Shown: positions 30,979 to 42,380 of the stretch, one piece after another | Position numbering within the stretch: the first letter of the stretch is position 1 | How the letters are laid out: each line of letters starts with the position of its first letter | Virus record (IMG/VR): IMGVR_UViG_3300032050_000011 | Reading direction: 5' to 3' (one strand) | DNA length: 64,000 bases | From: a virus | The notes under the pieces: generated by a model | Told to the model about the DNA's origin: nothing | What the model saw: only the letters and a program-made list of their open reading frames with translations | The model's database searches: none | Program-made: the position numbers and the translations under genes

Positions 30979-31487
30979 ATGCCAGAAAAACCAAGTAGAT
31001 CTCCTGACTTTGTGCTAGCATCATGGCATTTTTACTTCAAAGAGATGCTGCAGTGGAATTCAACTGGCGATCAGACTTTCTATATAGAGCAAAGACGAGA
31101 GAGTATAGTCTTCTACGACGAACTCTGGGATAACTGGAAGCGCTACGACCACGACCAAGTTGGTGAATTGGGCGATGCAGAAAAAGTATATGAAGCTTAT
31201 ATAAATTGGCAACTTGAAAATATACTATTGGATCGAGCATGAAAAAGCCAGAAAGAGATCCAGACTTTGTACATGAAAAGTGGGAATTCTTCTTTGAAGA
31301 AGGAGTCCAGTGGAACTCTGGAGAGAAATTTCTTTATGATATAAAAGTAACTAAAAATATTGAAGTTATGTTCTTTGATCCAGCTGATGACTCGTGGAAC
31401 TGCTACTATAGTGGTGGGGACGAGGAGAGTTTAGTAACTAATGGTTATCTTAACTGGCTAGCAGAAAAGGAGATACTATGTTCTTAG
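30979..31487 (+). CDS. two tandem paralogs (30979-31242, 31239-31487)
   Basis: Shared KP.R.PDFV...W.F.F.E..QWNS and Y.NW..E..L. Confidence 0.75.
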
Positions 31488-31623
31488 ATGTCACAATCAC
31501 TGCAGTTCTTGCCTTAATTTTTATGTTTGTATTGACTGTAACTTCATCTATGGTCGTCAGATACGTGACTACAGCCAATAATTATAAGCTGCCAACCAAC
31601 CAGAACAGATTCGATAACAAGCT

Positions 31624-32147
31624 ATGAATCTAACTAGATATAGATTAGACAATGGTCAGACTCGCATGATGTTGATCATAGTTTTTCATAAATTAGGAGT
31701 GTCTGCTTATGAGCGCCCGAGCATATACATTTCAGAAGCGAAGAAATGGTATAGTAACGACTTATACTGATCATTGGTGCTTTTATCAAGTTGTATTACA
31801 TAATACAACTGTTTTTACACAGCACAGCGACAAGTCTATTACTCTTAATTCTGGCGGTTGGCGAACAGCAACGACTAAGACGGCTATAAACAGAGCATTT
31901 GACCTACTTAATATACCTGCTAGACTATGGCAGAAAAACTTCGAGTGGTTTGTTAGCTATGACGGAGCGACGTTTCCATTTGAAGACGGCATGCGGCTTG
32001 GCGGACGCCTATACTCTTTTGTTAATAAACTAGGTGTGTTAGATGACGACTCTATTTAACGATGAGTTGGTTGATCTAGCACTAGTTCTGCTAAAGCTAG
32101 ACATTATAACTTTCGAAGAATACTGGCATAACTTTAACATATATTAA
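31624..32147 (+). CDS. 31624-31770 micro-ORF, 31709-32059 hypothetical (ITLNSGGWRTATTK), 32043-32147 micro-ORF
   Basis: All three carry the KL-helix motif (VFHKLGV, FVNKLGVL, VLLKLDII). Confidence 0.6.
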
Positions 32148-32619
32148 GAGGCAATAATGAACAGTAATCAGATCTTCTATTTTGTCCTACTTATATTAAA
32201 TGCTATAACTGCAACAACAACAGATATCATTTTATTACGCTTTATAACTCTAATTTTTGTTGGTTTTTGCGCTGCAATGATTTCTTTAGAAAGAAAGTCA
32301 GATGATAGCTAGCCTTAACAGAATCGATATAATCATATGAAAAAGGGGAAAATATGGATGACAATCGACTTGGTGTGTACATTTGGACTATATTAAATGG
32401 CTGTGTAGTTCTTTATTTTATTAGAATTTTTAGCTAAGGAGGCATTATGTTAGTTTTTTCAGATGGAATGACTTTTGATACTTCTGGTGATCTAAGGATT
32501 ATTTGGGAAAAAGATGGCTTATATGTGTGTGGCAAGGGCATTCTAGTTCCTGTTGGTACCTACGACGAAGCACTACTAGTAATTGAAAGACTGGAATTTG
32601 CATAGATAAAAGGACTAAA

Positions 32620-33102
32620 ATGGATGATTTAAAGCTGATAAACGCTAGACTTCAAGAGCTGAATAAAGAGTTCAGAGAGCTTTCTGCTCTGAAGAAAGAA
32701 CTTCAAGATAAAAGTAAGGCCCAGACAGTAAAAGAGAAGTACGGCGATTTTAAGTTTATGATTAAGTCGCCAACATTAATTGAAGAAATAGACTTTGAAA
32801 AGCTTATGAAAGAGGCTGACTTACAGGTAGGTAGAAATGAGTTTGGACTTCCTGTCATTGCTTATGATTTTGGTAACGGCTTATCTTATCTATCAATTGT
32901 AAGAGATGAAAAAGAAGCAAAAGTGAGATTAGCAGTAGATGAGCTGCTTAAGATAGCTGACGCAGCAAAAGAAGATTTTAAGCTGAACAACAACAAGATA
33001 ACTGAGGCAACTGAGTTGTTTGTTAAGTTTGAGGAGGCGCTTGAATTCAACAGCAACGAAATTACGCGAGTTGTTACAGATTCAGAAAACCTATCTGAGT
33101 AA
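32620..33102 (+). CDS. coiled-coil hypothetical protein
   Basis: ORF track, SD AAGGA. Confidence 0.65.
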   Translation: MDDLKLINARLQELNKEFRELSALKKELQDKSKAQTVKEKYGDFKFMIKSPTLIEEIDFEKLMKEADLQVGRNEFGLPVIAYDFGNGLSYLSIVRDEKEAKVRLAVDELLKIADAAKEDFKLNNNKITEATELFVKFEEALEFNSNEITRVVTDSENLSE

Positions 33103-33309
33103 TATCTGTCAGCAGCTGCGCAAACCTGAATATCAAAACGATGCTATGAATAGCTTAAAGAAGTCAGTAGAGACTGAGCTGGAGTCTCTTTCCTTTCAGC
33201 TTACATGGGCAGAGTCTGATATGCGCGGTGAACTTATAATGATTTTGACCAAATTGAAAATATGGACCTAAACCGATTCGATATTTTGACAACATCATAA
33301 GGGGGTTTT

Positions 33310-33540
33310 ATGATTAAGTGGTATGCAACAGAAGAACAAAAAAGAATTGCGGCTCTTAAACTCGAATCAACTGATTCTTTTCTAGCGCGTGGTGGAAAAA
33401 TTGAAGTTATTGGCTCAATGACTGAAGCAAAATCAAAGAAAATCGATGCACAAAAATTGCTCGATAAAGTAGTAGGCACTAAGCATGAAAAAGAAGTAAT
33501 GGCCTTGTTAAGATCACAGGGCATACAGGTGGAGGAGTAA
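33310..33540 (+). CDS. SutA-like RNA-polymerase-binding motif protein
   Basis: FLARGGKIEVI motif; promoter copy at 33272. Confidence 0.5.
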   Translation: MIKWYATEEQKRIAALKLESTDSFLARGGKIEVIGSMTEAKSKKIDAQKLLDKVVGTKHEKEVMALLRSQGIQVEE

Positions 33541-34639
33541 TGGAAAATATAGATAGCTTAATTAAAGAAAAGAAAGTCCGTCAGCTAAGAATTGAACTGG
33601 ACTACACAAAGGAGAGCATACTTAGCCTTCTAGCTTCGCTGCAAAATCAAAATATAGTAGGCTCTCCAGCGCTAATCAGTTCACTAACTGATTCACTTGT
33701 TAAGGTTAGCTCTGTAAAGTCAGAATTGGATGATAAAATACTTCACTTTTAAAGGAGTCGTATGAGCATTAACGAAGACGCAATTATTTGCACTTATAAT
33801 GGCTATCATTTAATAGAGGAGAAAGAGTACGAAGAGGACAACATAAAGAACTTTCATTTAGTATACGATGGCGACAAGTACGTCGGTATGATGCCATACT
33901 CTCCATATAACAGACCGAGTGGTGCAGTGTTTAAGATGTGGATTGACTGCGGCAGGCCTTCATATGAAGATATGCATGGTCAAAACGATAAGGCTATTCA
34001 TAGATACTACACTCAATGGCTAGATAGACAAATAGATAAACTATTAGTAGAAGAGATGACAAATGCGCTTTGAAGAACATCCGACCTGGCGAATGCTAGA
34101 AGAAGGCAAGCAGTACTTCAAGTTTCTTGAAGAAACTACTATTTCTGCAGACCTTGCTTCTACTGCTCGCCAGGCAATGACGTCGCTATACAGTCTTCAG
34201 CTTGAGGTTGAAAATCAACTTACTAATCAGGAGGACGAGGGTGAACAGTGATGCGATTAGATTATTTAAACTAATACAAGAGCGCAACGCCCTAGCGTTT
34301 GACAGAAGTCGCAAGCGATCTAAGGCTGGTAGACTAAGAGATAAGTTTAAAAAAACAGATTCTTTATCAAAAGAGCTTATTAAAGAATTTAACTTAGCAT
34401 TTACAGGCTATAAAAATGCCTGCAAAAAACTTGCAACATTTACTAAAAAGCACAGAAAATTCAGAAATTATGCTAAAAGTAAGTATCTAACAAGGCAAAA
34501 AACTGATGCGTCAAACCACATAGTGGGAATCTCGCTTATGCTAGATGGTCAACGAAATTTTTTTAGTATTAAAGCCATTGAGACGTGTTTGCAAGAAGTA
34601 GAGATTGAGCAGATCTTACTAGGGTTACCTCAGATATGA
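33540..34639 (+). CDS. hypothetical proteins (33540-33752, 33762-34073, 34063-34251, about 34241-34639)
   Basis: Coupled ORFs with SDs. Confidence 0.6.
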
Positions 34640-34974
34640 GAATATTAGCAATAGACGACACACGTGAACTCACTGAGGCTCATGTGCTGGTAAGAAATTT
34701 TAATGAAGGCATAAGGCAGCTAGAGCGAAATGGTCCATGGGATCTGCTACTACTTGATCATGATCTGGCTTCTTTTGATTCAGATGGCAGAGAAAAAACA
34801 GGCTATGATATCATGTGCTTTTTAGAAGAAAATCTGCACCTTGCTCCTAAAAAGATCGAGTGTGTTAGCGCTAATCCAGTAGGCAGATCAAGAATTACAG
34901 CTATGATAGTGAGGTTAAATGAAAAAATTAAACAGGCATCAGGCGATGGCGACAATATACAGGATATTCTATAA
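34636..34974 (+). CDS. receiver-like (cyclic-phosphate-processing type) domain protein
   Basis: LAIDDTR, LLLDHDL, TGYDIM, SANPVG. Confidence 0.7.
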   Translation: MRILAIDDTRELTEAHVLVRNFNEGIRQLERNGPWDLLLLDHDLASFDSDGREKTGYDIMCFLEENLHLAPKKIECVSANPVGRSRITAMIVRLNEKIKQASGDGDNIQDIL

Positions 34975-35592
34975 ATTAGATATTATAACTTTTGAAGAAC
35001 TAGACACGAGTGTAGATGGACTTCAAGTACTCATGCTGCATGACTGGTTCAAAGGAGATAGCTAGTGTTTTCACTTATTTTTCTAGCTGCTACAATTATT
35101 TATTTTTTTAAGTTTCATCATAAAGTATTGGATAGGCTTGGACTATCTGAACGAGATGATAATCTTATGGCCATTGGACTATTTTCAGGTGTAGTGCTTA
35201 GAAACGCCGCTATATTTCTTGAAGCCTTATTTGTCAGTGGCACAATATTTATGGGTGAACTATTAATTGCTCTTATCTTTATTTTTCTAATAAAGTCTAG
35301 ATACGATAAGTTATAATATAACAGGCTCGATTTCATATCATGAAAAACAAAAGGGGTTTGTATGTTTAGAACAGAAGTCGGTGAGTATAAAGGCCATAAG
35401 ACTATCTCCATATTTAATGATGATAAGTTTGTTGTTAGTTTTGGGATTAGCAAGGCGAAAGCAATACTAGAGGTTTTAGACGACGTAAAAGAGTTTGTCG
35501 AAAAAAATCAAACTAATAGTTCTTCAAAGATTAATTTTGATTCTCTTACTGAAGAGCAGAAAAAAGCCATTATGCAGTTCATAAAGGGTTAA
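34919..35592 (+). CDS. 34919-35065 KL-helix micro-ORF, 35065-35316 membrane protein, 35362-35592 hypothetical
   Basis: IFYKLDIITFEE matches the 32043 motif; EYKGH..I..FG..KAK pattern in 35362. Confidence 0.6.
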
Positions 35593-35744
35593 TGTGAAGA
35601 AGAATGCTTTACTAAAAGTTTTAGCGGCACTCGTTGTACCAGGCGCAGTGCCGCTTGTAATTGCTTATTATGCTTATAAATTGATTAAGTATAAGAATAA
35701 ATGAAAGGACCGAATGTCTCGGTCTTAGCAACATAAGGATTTTT

Positions 35745-36257
35745 ATGGCCCAAAATCAGCGGGAAGCAACGTTTCAGGCAATCACTAGTGTGTTGGAAAA
35801 CAGCGGTGTGAGCTTTAATCCTGGTGAAGACGTCAAAAGTGTTATCACCTCAGATCACAAGAAAAAAGTAAGAGAAATTCTAATAACTGGTCTCAAAGAT
35901 GGATCAATAACTTCTTCTACAGAATTTGCAGGAAAGATGACTAGCGACGTAGATTATAGTAAGTATTGCAGCGGATTAATCTCTAACTGGATTAAGAAGG
36001 ATCCGCGCTTGAATGGCAATGTAAAGCATCAGAGCTCTAGTGGTTCAGGTAAATCTGTTTCTCGTGTAGGTAACGGCGATTCACAGGTAAAAGAGCTTCG
36101 TAAATTACTTAAAGCAACTGCAGGTACAGACTCCGAGCAAGAAGTTCAAGAAGCCCTTAATTCCAGACTAGAAGAGTTAAAGGTTGAAAAAACTTCAAAA
36201 GCAAAGAGCTCAATAGTCGCGGAATCTGTGCCTGAAAATCTTAGGCACTTAGTTTAA
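35745..36257 (+). CDS. early protein family A, divergent paralog 4
   Basis: NQREAT, GLISNWIKKDPRLNG, VPENLRHL. Confidence 0.75.
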   Translation: MAQNQREATFQAITSVLENSGVSFNPGEDVKSVITSDHKKKVREILITGLKDGSITSSTEFAGKMTSDVDYSKYCSGLISNWIKKDPRLNGNVKHQSSSGSGKSVSRVGNGDSQVKELRKLLKATAGTDSEQEVQEALNSRLEELKVEKTSKAKSSIVAESVPENLRHLV

Positions 36258-36507
36258 TATGGATCCCATAGTAAAAAATATAATAATACTATTGTTTTGT
36301 GTAACGCTTTTATCAGAGTTTAAATGACCAGATGTGAAAAGCATCCTAAATTTAACGGTAAAAAAATGCCCAAGCATCAATGCTTGGGCTGTCTAAATCT
36401 ATACATTAAAATGCACAAATCGCCTAGAGCACCACATAAGCCCTCTAAAACTTTTAAGAGTGCTAAAACCTATACAAGAAAAACAAAATATAAAAAGGAC
36501 TAGCGTT

Positions 36508-37539
36508 ATGGATCAAAGAGAGTACCTAGCTCTACGAGATAAGGGTAGAAAGCACATGATAACTACATTAAAATGTTTTGAGTTTTGGGGACAAAGAGTA
36601 GGCCGCATAAACGGCGACATTAAGAATAAGTGGAGCGAAGCAAGATGGTATGCAGACCTAGGCTCAAGTTCTTTATTTGAGTTATTGAATGTTGATGTAG
36701 TATATAAGTCTGATCCAGATAAAGGTTTTAGATATAGAGTGCTGGATACTGCCAATCGAATCTCAATAAATCTATTCTTATTTAGATATATGGTTATTCT
36801 ATATAAGTTGTTTTTTTATAATGTAGCATACACTGCGGCCATGCTTAAGAATCCAGAGCATGCTAGAGACATAGTGTTGTCCGCTGACCATAGAAATAAA
36901 ATTATACTAGCAAAACCTTTTATTTTTACAGTTAAAATTTATTACGGAGTTAGGCGGTGGATTGCCGGTAAAATTCAGCGGGGGCGCTGACACTGCTACG
37001 CCGAATACCGCTATAGGCTACAACAGAATCGATATATTTCTAAAAGGATAACTATGAGTAAATTTGTTGGAATCAAAAAAGGTGACATTGTTCGTGTAAA
37101 GTTCATTGAGATGCGCGATCTTGTTGGCGTCAAAGGTACGAATAAAAGAAGACAAAGCTATCAGCTTGTAGGTGAATGGGAACTCGGAGCTAACATACTT
37201 GCCTTTACCTATGGCGGAGACTTTCTAGTTAAGAAAGACTTTCCTGACAACGCTAGTCCTCAAGAAACGCTTGAGCTACTTAACCATCTTGATGGTGGCG
37301 AATTTGACATACCTCAAGATATAGTAGCAGCTATTGATGTTATAGATGCTGCTTATAAGTTTGTAAGCGAAGACCATAAGATCTGCATGATCATGTCCGA
37401 CAGTGAATTGCTTATAAATGGAGAAAAACTTACCAATACAGGCGATGAAAAGCATCTAGATTTATTTGTCGAATTCGTAGAACGATATTTAACTAGTAAA
37501 GCGATAAATGATTCGCTTAAAAAGGAGAAGGATGTTTAA
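36508..37539 (+). CDS. hypothetical proteins (about 36508-36990, 37054-37539)
   Basis: ORF track. Confidence 0.6.
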
Positions 37540-37543
37540 GGTA

Positions 37544-37873
37544 CTATTTATATTCTTTATTCTTACAACCGGAAGCGTCGCTGGTGCAGCTATTATGGCA
37601 GCTATGATTTCTATCTCCGTATATTCCAATATTGACAGCACCCTTGATAAGCTCAGGAGTAACAGGTTCGTTGAACGGTTCATTAAGCCTATCTGGGCAT
37701 AGCTTGCTATATATTCTAGCTGTAGAAACAGAGCGCAGCTCCATGTAGCCGCAGCTCCTGCACTTCATCCAGTCCCGCGAATACTCGCTCATCCAGTGAG
37801 ATGAGAAAGTATAACCTTTACATAAAGGGCAAAGATTCATGAATGATTGCATATCATGGTCACTATAAGTCAT
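37544..37873 (-). CDS. Zn-ribbon protein (leaderless)
   Basis: CPLC...CRSC; TATAAT 7 nt upstream of ATG 37873. Confidence 0.55.
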   Translation of the reverse strand: MTYSDHDMQSFMNLCPLCKGYTFSSHWMSEYSRDWMKCRSCGYMELRSVSTARIYSKLCPDRLNEPFNEPVTPELIKGAVNIGIYGDRNHSCHNSCTSDASGCKNKEYK

Positions 37874-37958
37874 GTAAAACATTATACTTTGTAATAGGGC
37901 TTACTTGACTAAATATATGATATAATTAAGTTATTATAACTTCTTAAAAGTGGGGGTT

Positions 37959-38348
37959 ATGGGACGTGGCAAGAAAGATTCACCAGAAGACTGGAAAAGA
38001 TACAAGAAGCTGGAGCAAGAGAACGAAAAATTAAAAAGAGAAGTTACAAAACTTAGAAAATTAGTAAATTCAAATTGCATAGACCAGCTTGAAGAAAGAG
38101 AAGAGAAGGTAAAGGAAAGTCGCAGTAGAGGTATTGAGATTGAGCCTATAGAGCCTATATGTGAAAATTGTGGCAAAACAGAGTTTAAAAAGATTCAATT
38201 TAAAAGACTAGACGGTGAGTTTGAAATAAAAGTTTGTGCTGTCTGCTCTTACAGAGGTAATCTAAAAAAACTTAAGGTAAAAGATGAGCAAAGAAGTCTT
38301 AAAGATATCAAGCAACGGCCAATGGACTCTGGAGAAGAGCCTCAATAA
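37959..38348 (+). CDS. coiled-coil plus Zn-ribbon protein
   Basis: CENC...CAVC; TGATATAAT upstream. Confidence 0.65.
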   Translation: MGRGKKDSPEDWKRYKKLEQENEKLKREVTKLRKLVNSNCIDQLEEREEKVKESRSRGIEIEPIEPICENCGKTEFKKIQFKRLDGEFEIKVCAVCSYRGNLKKLKVKDEQRSLKDIKQRPMDSGEEPQ

Positions 38349-38907
38349 GGCTTCACTGTTTACTGCAGCTGCACTAGCGGGCATGCTGTCGCAGGATCCA
38401 GGTCAACTAAACACACAGAAAATTCCCTACGCTCCGCAAGATAGCAGTTCAAACGAGCAGGTGAGCCTTCATCCAGATCTTCATCACATTGCTTTCATAG
38501 AAAGTTCTAGTGGTAAAAACAAGAAACATAAGACGGTAAACTACGGATTGAATAGAGGTGATTCAGCTGCTGGCCTAACAGGTCTAATGCCTCATACTAT
38601 TAAAGAGATAGTCGGAAAAAACCCCGACATCAAAGCTAAGTATGGGTCACTCTTAGATAAAGATCATAATGAGATAACCTCATATGTAAACTCGAATGAA
38701 AACGCAGACAAAGAGCTTGCCAACAAACACTGGAGCAGGCTGTCTAGAGTCTTTCCAAGAGATGAACTAAGACGCGTCTATGCCTGGAAGAACGGCGTGA
38801 CGGGCGCAATTAAAGCATCGGATGACCAGGTAAAAAGCCATCCGTATGTTAGAAAATATCTCAACTTAAAATATCAAGAAAGAAGTCCCGCAAATACTAT
38901 AAAATAG
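38284..38907 (+). CDS. lytic transglycosylase (SLT-like) with N-terminal NGQW tag
   Basis: IAFIESS, AAGLTGLMP.T, AWKNG, YV motifs. Confidence 0.7.
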   Translation: MSKEVLKISSNGQWTLEKSLNKASLFTAAALAGMLSQDPGQLNTQKIPYAPQDSSSNEQVSLHPDLHHIAFIESSSGKNKKHKTVNYGLNRGDSAAGLTGLMPHTIKEIVGKNPDIKAKYGSLLDKDHNEITSYVNSNENADKELANKHWSRLSRVFPRDELRRVYAWKNGVTGAIKASDDQVKSHPYVRKYLNLKYQERSPANTIK

Positions 38908-38916
38908 TGCGAGAGA

Positions 38917-40626
38917 TTAACTCTCGCACGATTTACACTCATCGCCTCTACTAGCCATGTCCCCTTTTATAACCGAGCTAGATCTGCAATAATACAGAGT
39001 CTTTACACCGGCTTTCCAGGCATCTATATGTACTTCGTGGAACCATTTAGGATCCGCGTCTGCTGGAAAGAATAGGTTTAAAGACTGGGCTTGATCTATG
39101 AATTTTTGTCTTTGACCTGCTTGTCTAATGATAGATTTCTGATTTATCTCGTATGCAGTCTTAAATACTTCTTTCTCTGATTCAGATAGAAATTTTAACT
39201 GCTGAACCGAACCGTTGTCTACAAGTATTGATCTCCAGGTCTCGTCTGTGTTCTTGCCATATTTGTCTAGTATGACAGCAAGTTCTTTATTCTTTCTGAT
39301 GAATACGCCTTTAGCCGTTTTGTCTGTATAGGCATTTGCTATGATCGGCTCAATACCAGGACTCACATCGCCGGATATGATAGAGTTTGACCTAGTAGGA
39401 GCAACTGCAATAAGATGTGAGTTGTACATTCCAGTTCCTCTGCACCACTCAGGCTCGCCATGTATTTTTGCCATCTTGCGCGATTCATCAACAGCAGACT
39501 CATGTATGTTCTTAAAAACCTCTGCGTTTAGCATCATAGAGTCAAATGAATCAAATGGCAGATTCTTCTGCTGAAGCAGAGTATGCCAACCTAAAACACC
39601 TATGCCAATGGCTCTACCCTTGACGGCTGATCTCACCGAGCGCACGAAGCCTGGCAGATGTCTAGCTCTGTTGATGAACTCATTTAGTACACCATTTAAA
39701 AACTGGACCGTCAGGTTGACGAGATCAGTATTCTTCCACTCATCCCATTTGACTAGATTTATAGACGATAGGCAGCATATAAAACTGTGATCATCGTCTG
39801 TAAACAGAGTAATCTCACTGCAAATATTGGTCATTGATACTTTTAGATTATTATTCTTATAGGCTTGAGGAGCAGAGTTGTTGACTGTATCCTCAAACAT
39901 GATGTAGGGTTCGCCTGTTTCAAGTCTAGTTTTAAGCAGCTCGATCCAGCGTTGTCTTGCTTCTGAATTTCCGTTCTCTACCTTATTCATAAAATCATCT
40001 GAGACAACTGCACACTGATGCAGATTAAGACACTGCCTGTTTACATCACCTTGAGGTCGTCTAATCGACAGGAACTCTTCAAAATCTTTATGTGTAACTC
40101 TTAGGTTAAGAGAGGCTGCTCCGCGACGAACATTACCTTGTGAAGTAGCGATAATAGCTGTATCATAGCATTTTGCCCATGGCACTATACCCTCAGACTT
40201 TCCATTTGATCCGCCTCTAATTAACTCTCCGCGAGCTCTTATTCTATCTAGCGATATTCCTACTCCGCCACCATGCTTTGTAAGCATAGCCATCTCATGT
40301 AGTGATTTATAGATGCCATCTACAGAATCTGGTGTATCAATACCGAAGCAAGATATAGGAAGTCCTCTGTTAGTGCCGAGATTACTGAGCACCGGCGAAG
40401 CAGGGCAAAGCCAGTTCTTGTTGTACATTACGTCAAAAAACCTAGCCTCAAGCTGCTTGTTGTTTATGGCTTCTGCTGCAGCTCTAGCTACTCTTCTATA
40501 CATAGAGCGCGGAGTTTCGCCCTCTAGTAGATAGCCTTTTGAGATAGTAGCGTAGCCTTCTTCGGTCATCCAGTCTGGCGCTTCACCTTTTGATTTCAAC
40601 TCTTCTAGCTTAGTCGTTTTCTGCAT
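38917..40626 (-). CDS. nrdA: ribonucleotide reductase class I alpha subunit (short, no ATP cone)
   Basis: PISCF, TNICSEI, GIGVLG, APTRSNS, KTLYY, C-terminal CxxC; start moved to MQKTTKL (SD GGAGG). Confidence 0.95.
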   Translation of the reverse strand: MQKTTKLEELKSKGEAPDWMTEEGYATISKGYLLEGETPRSMYRRVARAAAEAINNKQLEARFFDVMYNKNWLCPASPVLSNLGTNRGLPISCFGIDTPDSVDGIYKSLHEMAMLTKHGGGVGISLDRIRARGELIRGGSNGKSEGIVPWAKCYDTAIIATSQGNVRRGAASLNLRVTHKDFEEFLSIRRPQGDVNRQCLNLHQCAVVSDDFMNKVENGNSEARQRWIELLKTRLETGEPYIMFEDTVNNSAPQAYKNNNLKVSMTNICSEITLFTDDDHSFICCLSSINLVKWDEWKNTDLVNLTVQFLNGVLNEFINRARHLPGFVRSVRSAVKGRAIGIGVLGWHTLLQQKNLPFDSFDSMMLNAEVFKNIHESAVDESRKMAKIHGEPEWCRGTGMYNSHLIAVAPTRSNSIISGDVSPGIEPIIANAYTDKTAKGVFIRKNKELAVILDKYGKNTDETWRSILVDNGSVQQLKFLSESEKEVFKTAYEINQKSIIRQAGQRQKFIDQAQSLNLFFPADADPKWFHEVHIDAWKAGVKTLYYCRSSSVIKGDMASRGDECKSCES

Positions 40627-41638
40627 CGCTACCTCCAAATACATAGTCAATATTCCAATTAGAACTTACACCCTTAGAGTAAGTAGTAACTCTCTGTGCA
40701 AAGAAATCCTGAAACTCTACTCCAGCGCTGAGAGCGTCGAACCACTCCATGCGCTTTATTGCGTCCTTGTCTATATTCTTCCAGTTACTAGAGTAACCTA
40801 GATCCTGAAGCTTAGTGTTAGTTCTATATCTGATGTATTGCTTTAGGTCGTCTTTATCTAGACCCTCAACACCTAGGTTGAACATCTTATCTACTGATAC
40901 GTCGCCAGTAGGACTTTTGAAGCACATATCAATGAAGTCGTCTTCTAGCTTAACAGTAAGTCTTGCAGCCTCATAGATATCTTCTTCTACGGCCTCTTTG
41001 ACGCCTGGATTTTCTTTGCAGTATTCTCTGAATAACCAGCAACCAGCTTCACTATGAAGCGACTCGTCTCTAATAGACCAAGTTACTATTTGACCAACGC
41101 CTTTTAATTTATTAAAGCGAGAAAAGTTTAGTAGGATGGCAAAACTAGAGAACAAGTGTACGCCTTCTGTGAAGGCAGAAAATACAGCGAGTGATCTTGC
41201 TATCTCTTCTTTGCTTGTCTTTATTGCTTTAATATCTTTTAATCTATTTAATTTTGCAACCGTTGCGTCATCTTTAAGAAATGCTGCATAGTCGTCGAGA
41301 CCAAGAGAATCATTGAGATAAGAATAACCCCAGATATGTATCGCCTCCATGCCTGCAAAAGTATTTGCCATCATGCAAACTTCTGGTTTAACAAACCATT
41401 TAGCAACTTTTCTAGACCAATAGTCTTCTACATGAATTTCTGCTTGAGTAAAGCCTTTAAGGACGTTGCCAACAACCGATCTCTCTACTTCATTAAGAGA
41501 AGTTTTCCAATCGTTTATGTCCCCTGCCATACTTACTTCTGTTGGAAGCCAGTGAGCCTGCTGTTGTTTTTCAAAATACTCGAAGGCTTTTGGATACTCG
41601 AAAGGTTTATATACTTCTCGTTTCTGAGTAAGAGACAT
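40610..41638 (-). CDS. nrdB: ribonucleotide reductase class I beta subunit
   Basis: EAIH..Y, EGVHLFSSF, RDESLH, DFF...VTTY. Confidence 0.95.
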   Translation of the reverse strand: MSLTQKREVYKPFEYPKAFEYFEKQQQAHWLPTEVSMAGDINDWKTSLNEVERSVVGNVLKGFTQAEIHVEDYWSRKVAKWFVKPEVCMMANTFAGMEAIHIWGYSYLNDSLGLDDYAAFLKDDATVAKLNRLKDIKAIKTSKEEIARSLAVFSAFTEGVHLFSSFAILLNFSRFNKLKGVGQIVTWSIRDESLHSEAGCWLFREYCKENPGVKEAVEEDIYEAARLTVKLEDDFIDMCFKSPTGDVSVDKMFNLGVEGLDKDDLKQYIRYRTNTKLQDLGYSSNWKNIDKDAIKRMEWFDALSAGVEFQDFFAQRVTTYSKGVSSNWNIDYVFGGSDAEND

Positions 41639-41860
41639 CGCTACTCCTTTTATGAGCTTTTCTATTTTTGCTTGTTTAGCGTAGAATAACTAGTGCATTA
41701 GATACGTGGGTGATAGTTAATTCTTGAATATGATAAGTTATTGAATTTATTATATCTATTTTTCATCTATTTCCCTTATCCGCATTGTGTTATGAAAATT
41801 ATACCATGCACTAGCCATTAAACATCAACAGATTCGATTTTTTTTTAACGGAGGATTTAC

Positions 41861-42178
41861 ATGAGTAAAATTATAGTTTGCACTTGTTGCCAATGTGAAT
41901 TTGAGCTAACACCTAAAAAACCTGGAAAAATAGGCGTATGCGAAGATTGCGCTAACGAAACTGTTACTAGGTATACTGGTAATATGATCTTTGATCACAA
42001 AACAGGAGCAGATATTCAGATCAACTCTGACCCTGAGCTTACTAAGTATATTATTGAATCAACTAAATTGCGCAGCAAGACTTCTAATCTAGGAAATAAT
42101 CTGAAGGCTAACTCCGGTAAGTCGCGCTCATCTGGGCTTGTTTACGCTGCAGGCGGTAGAAATCGTCGTCGTGAATAG
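41861..42178 (+). CDS. Zn-binding hypothetical protein
   Basis: CTCC...CEDC. Confidence 0.6.
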   Translation: MSKIIVCTCCQCEFELTPKKPGKIGVCEDCANETVTRYTGNMIFDHKTGADIQINSDPELTKYIIESTKLRSKTSNLGNNLKANSGKSRSSGLVYAAGGRNRRRE

Positions 42179-42202
42179 TATAATTAAACAAAGGAGGTAA
42201 GC

Positions 42203-42373
42203 ATGGATTTAATAAGGACGATCGTGCTTCTGTGCAGTGTTACGTCTGGCAGAGATTCCGCTGACTATGTTGAAAAACTCCAGTTAAAATGCCAGCAGCA
42301 TTATGTTAAGTGTTTAGAGAATACAAGTACATACAGAGATCTTTCTAGATGTATAAAAGAAAGAAAATTATGA
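42203..42373 (+). CDS. small four-Cys protein, paralog of 24280..24486
   Basis: MDLIRTIVLLCSVTSG...CQQHYVKC...LSRCIKER; SD AGGAGG; not in ORF track. Confidence 0.7.
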   Translation: MDLIRTIVLLCSVTSGRDSADYVEKLQLKCQQHYVKCLENTSTYRDLSRCIKERKL

Positions 42374-42380
42374 GGTTAAT

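Noticed and set aside
38917-41638. Intron or intein in nrdA/nrdB
   Set aside because: Both ORFs are continuous and of compact length.
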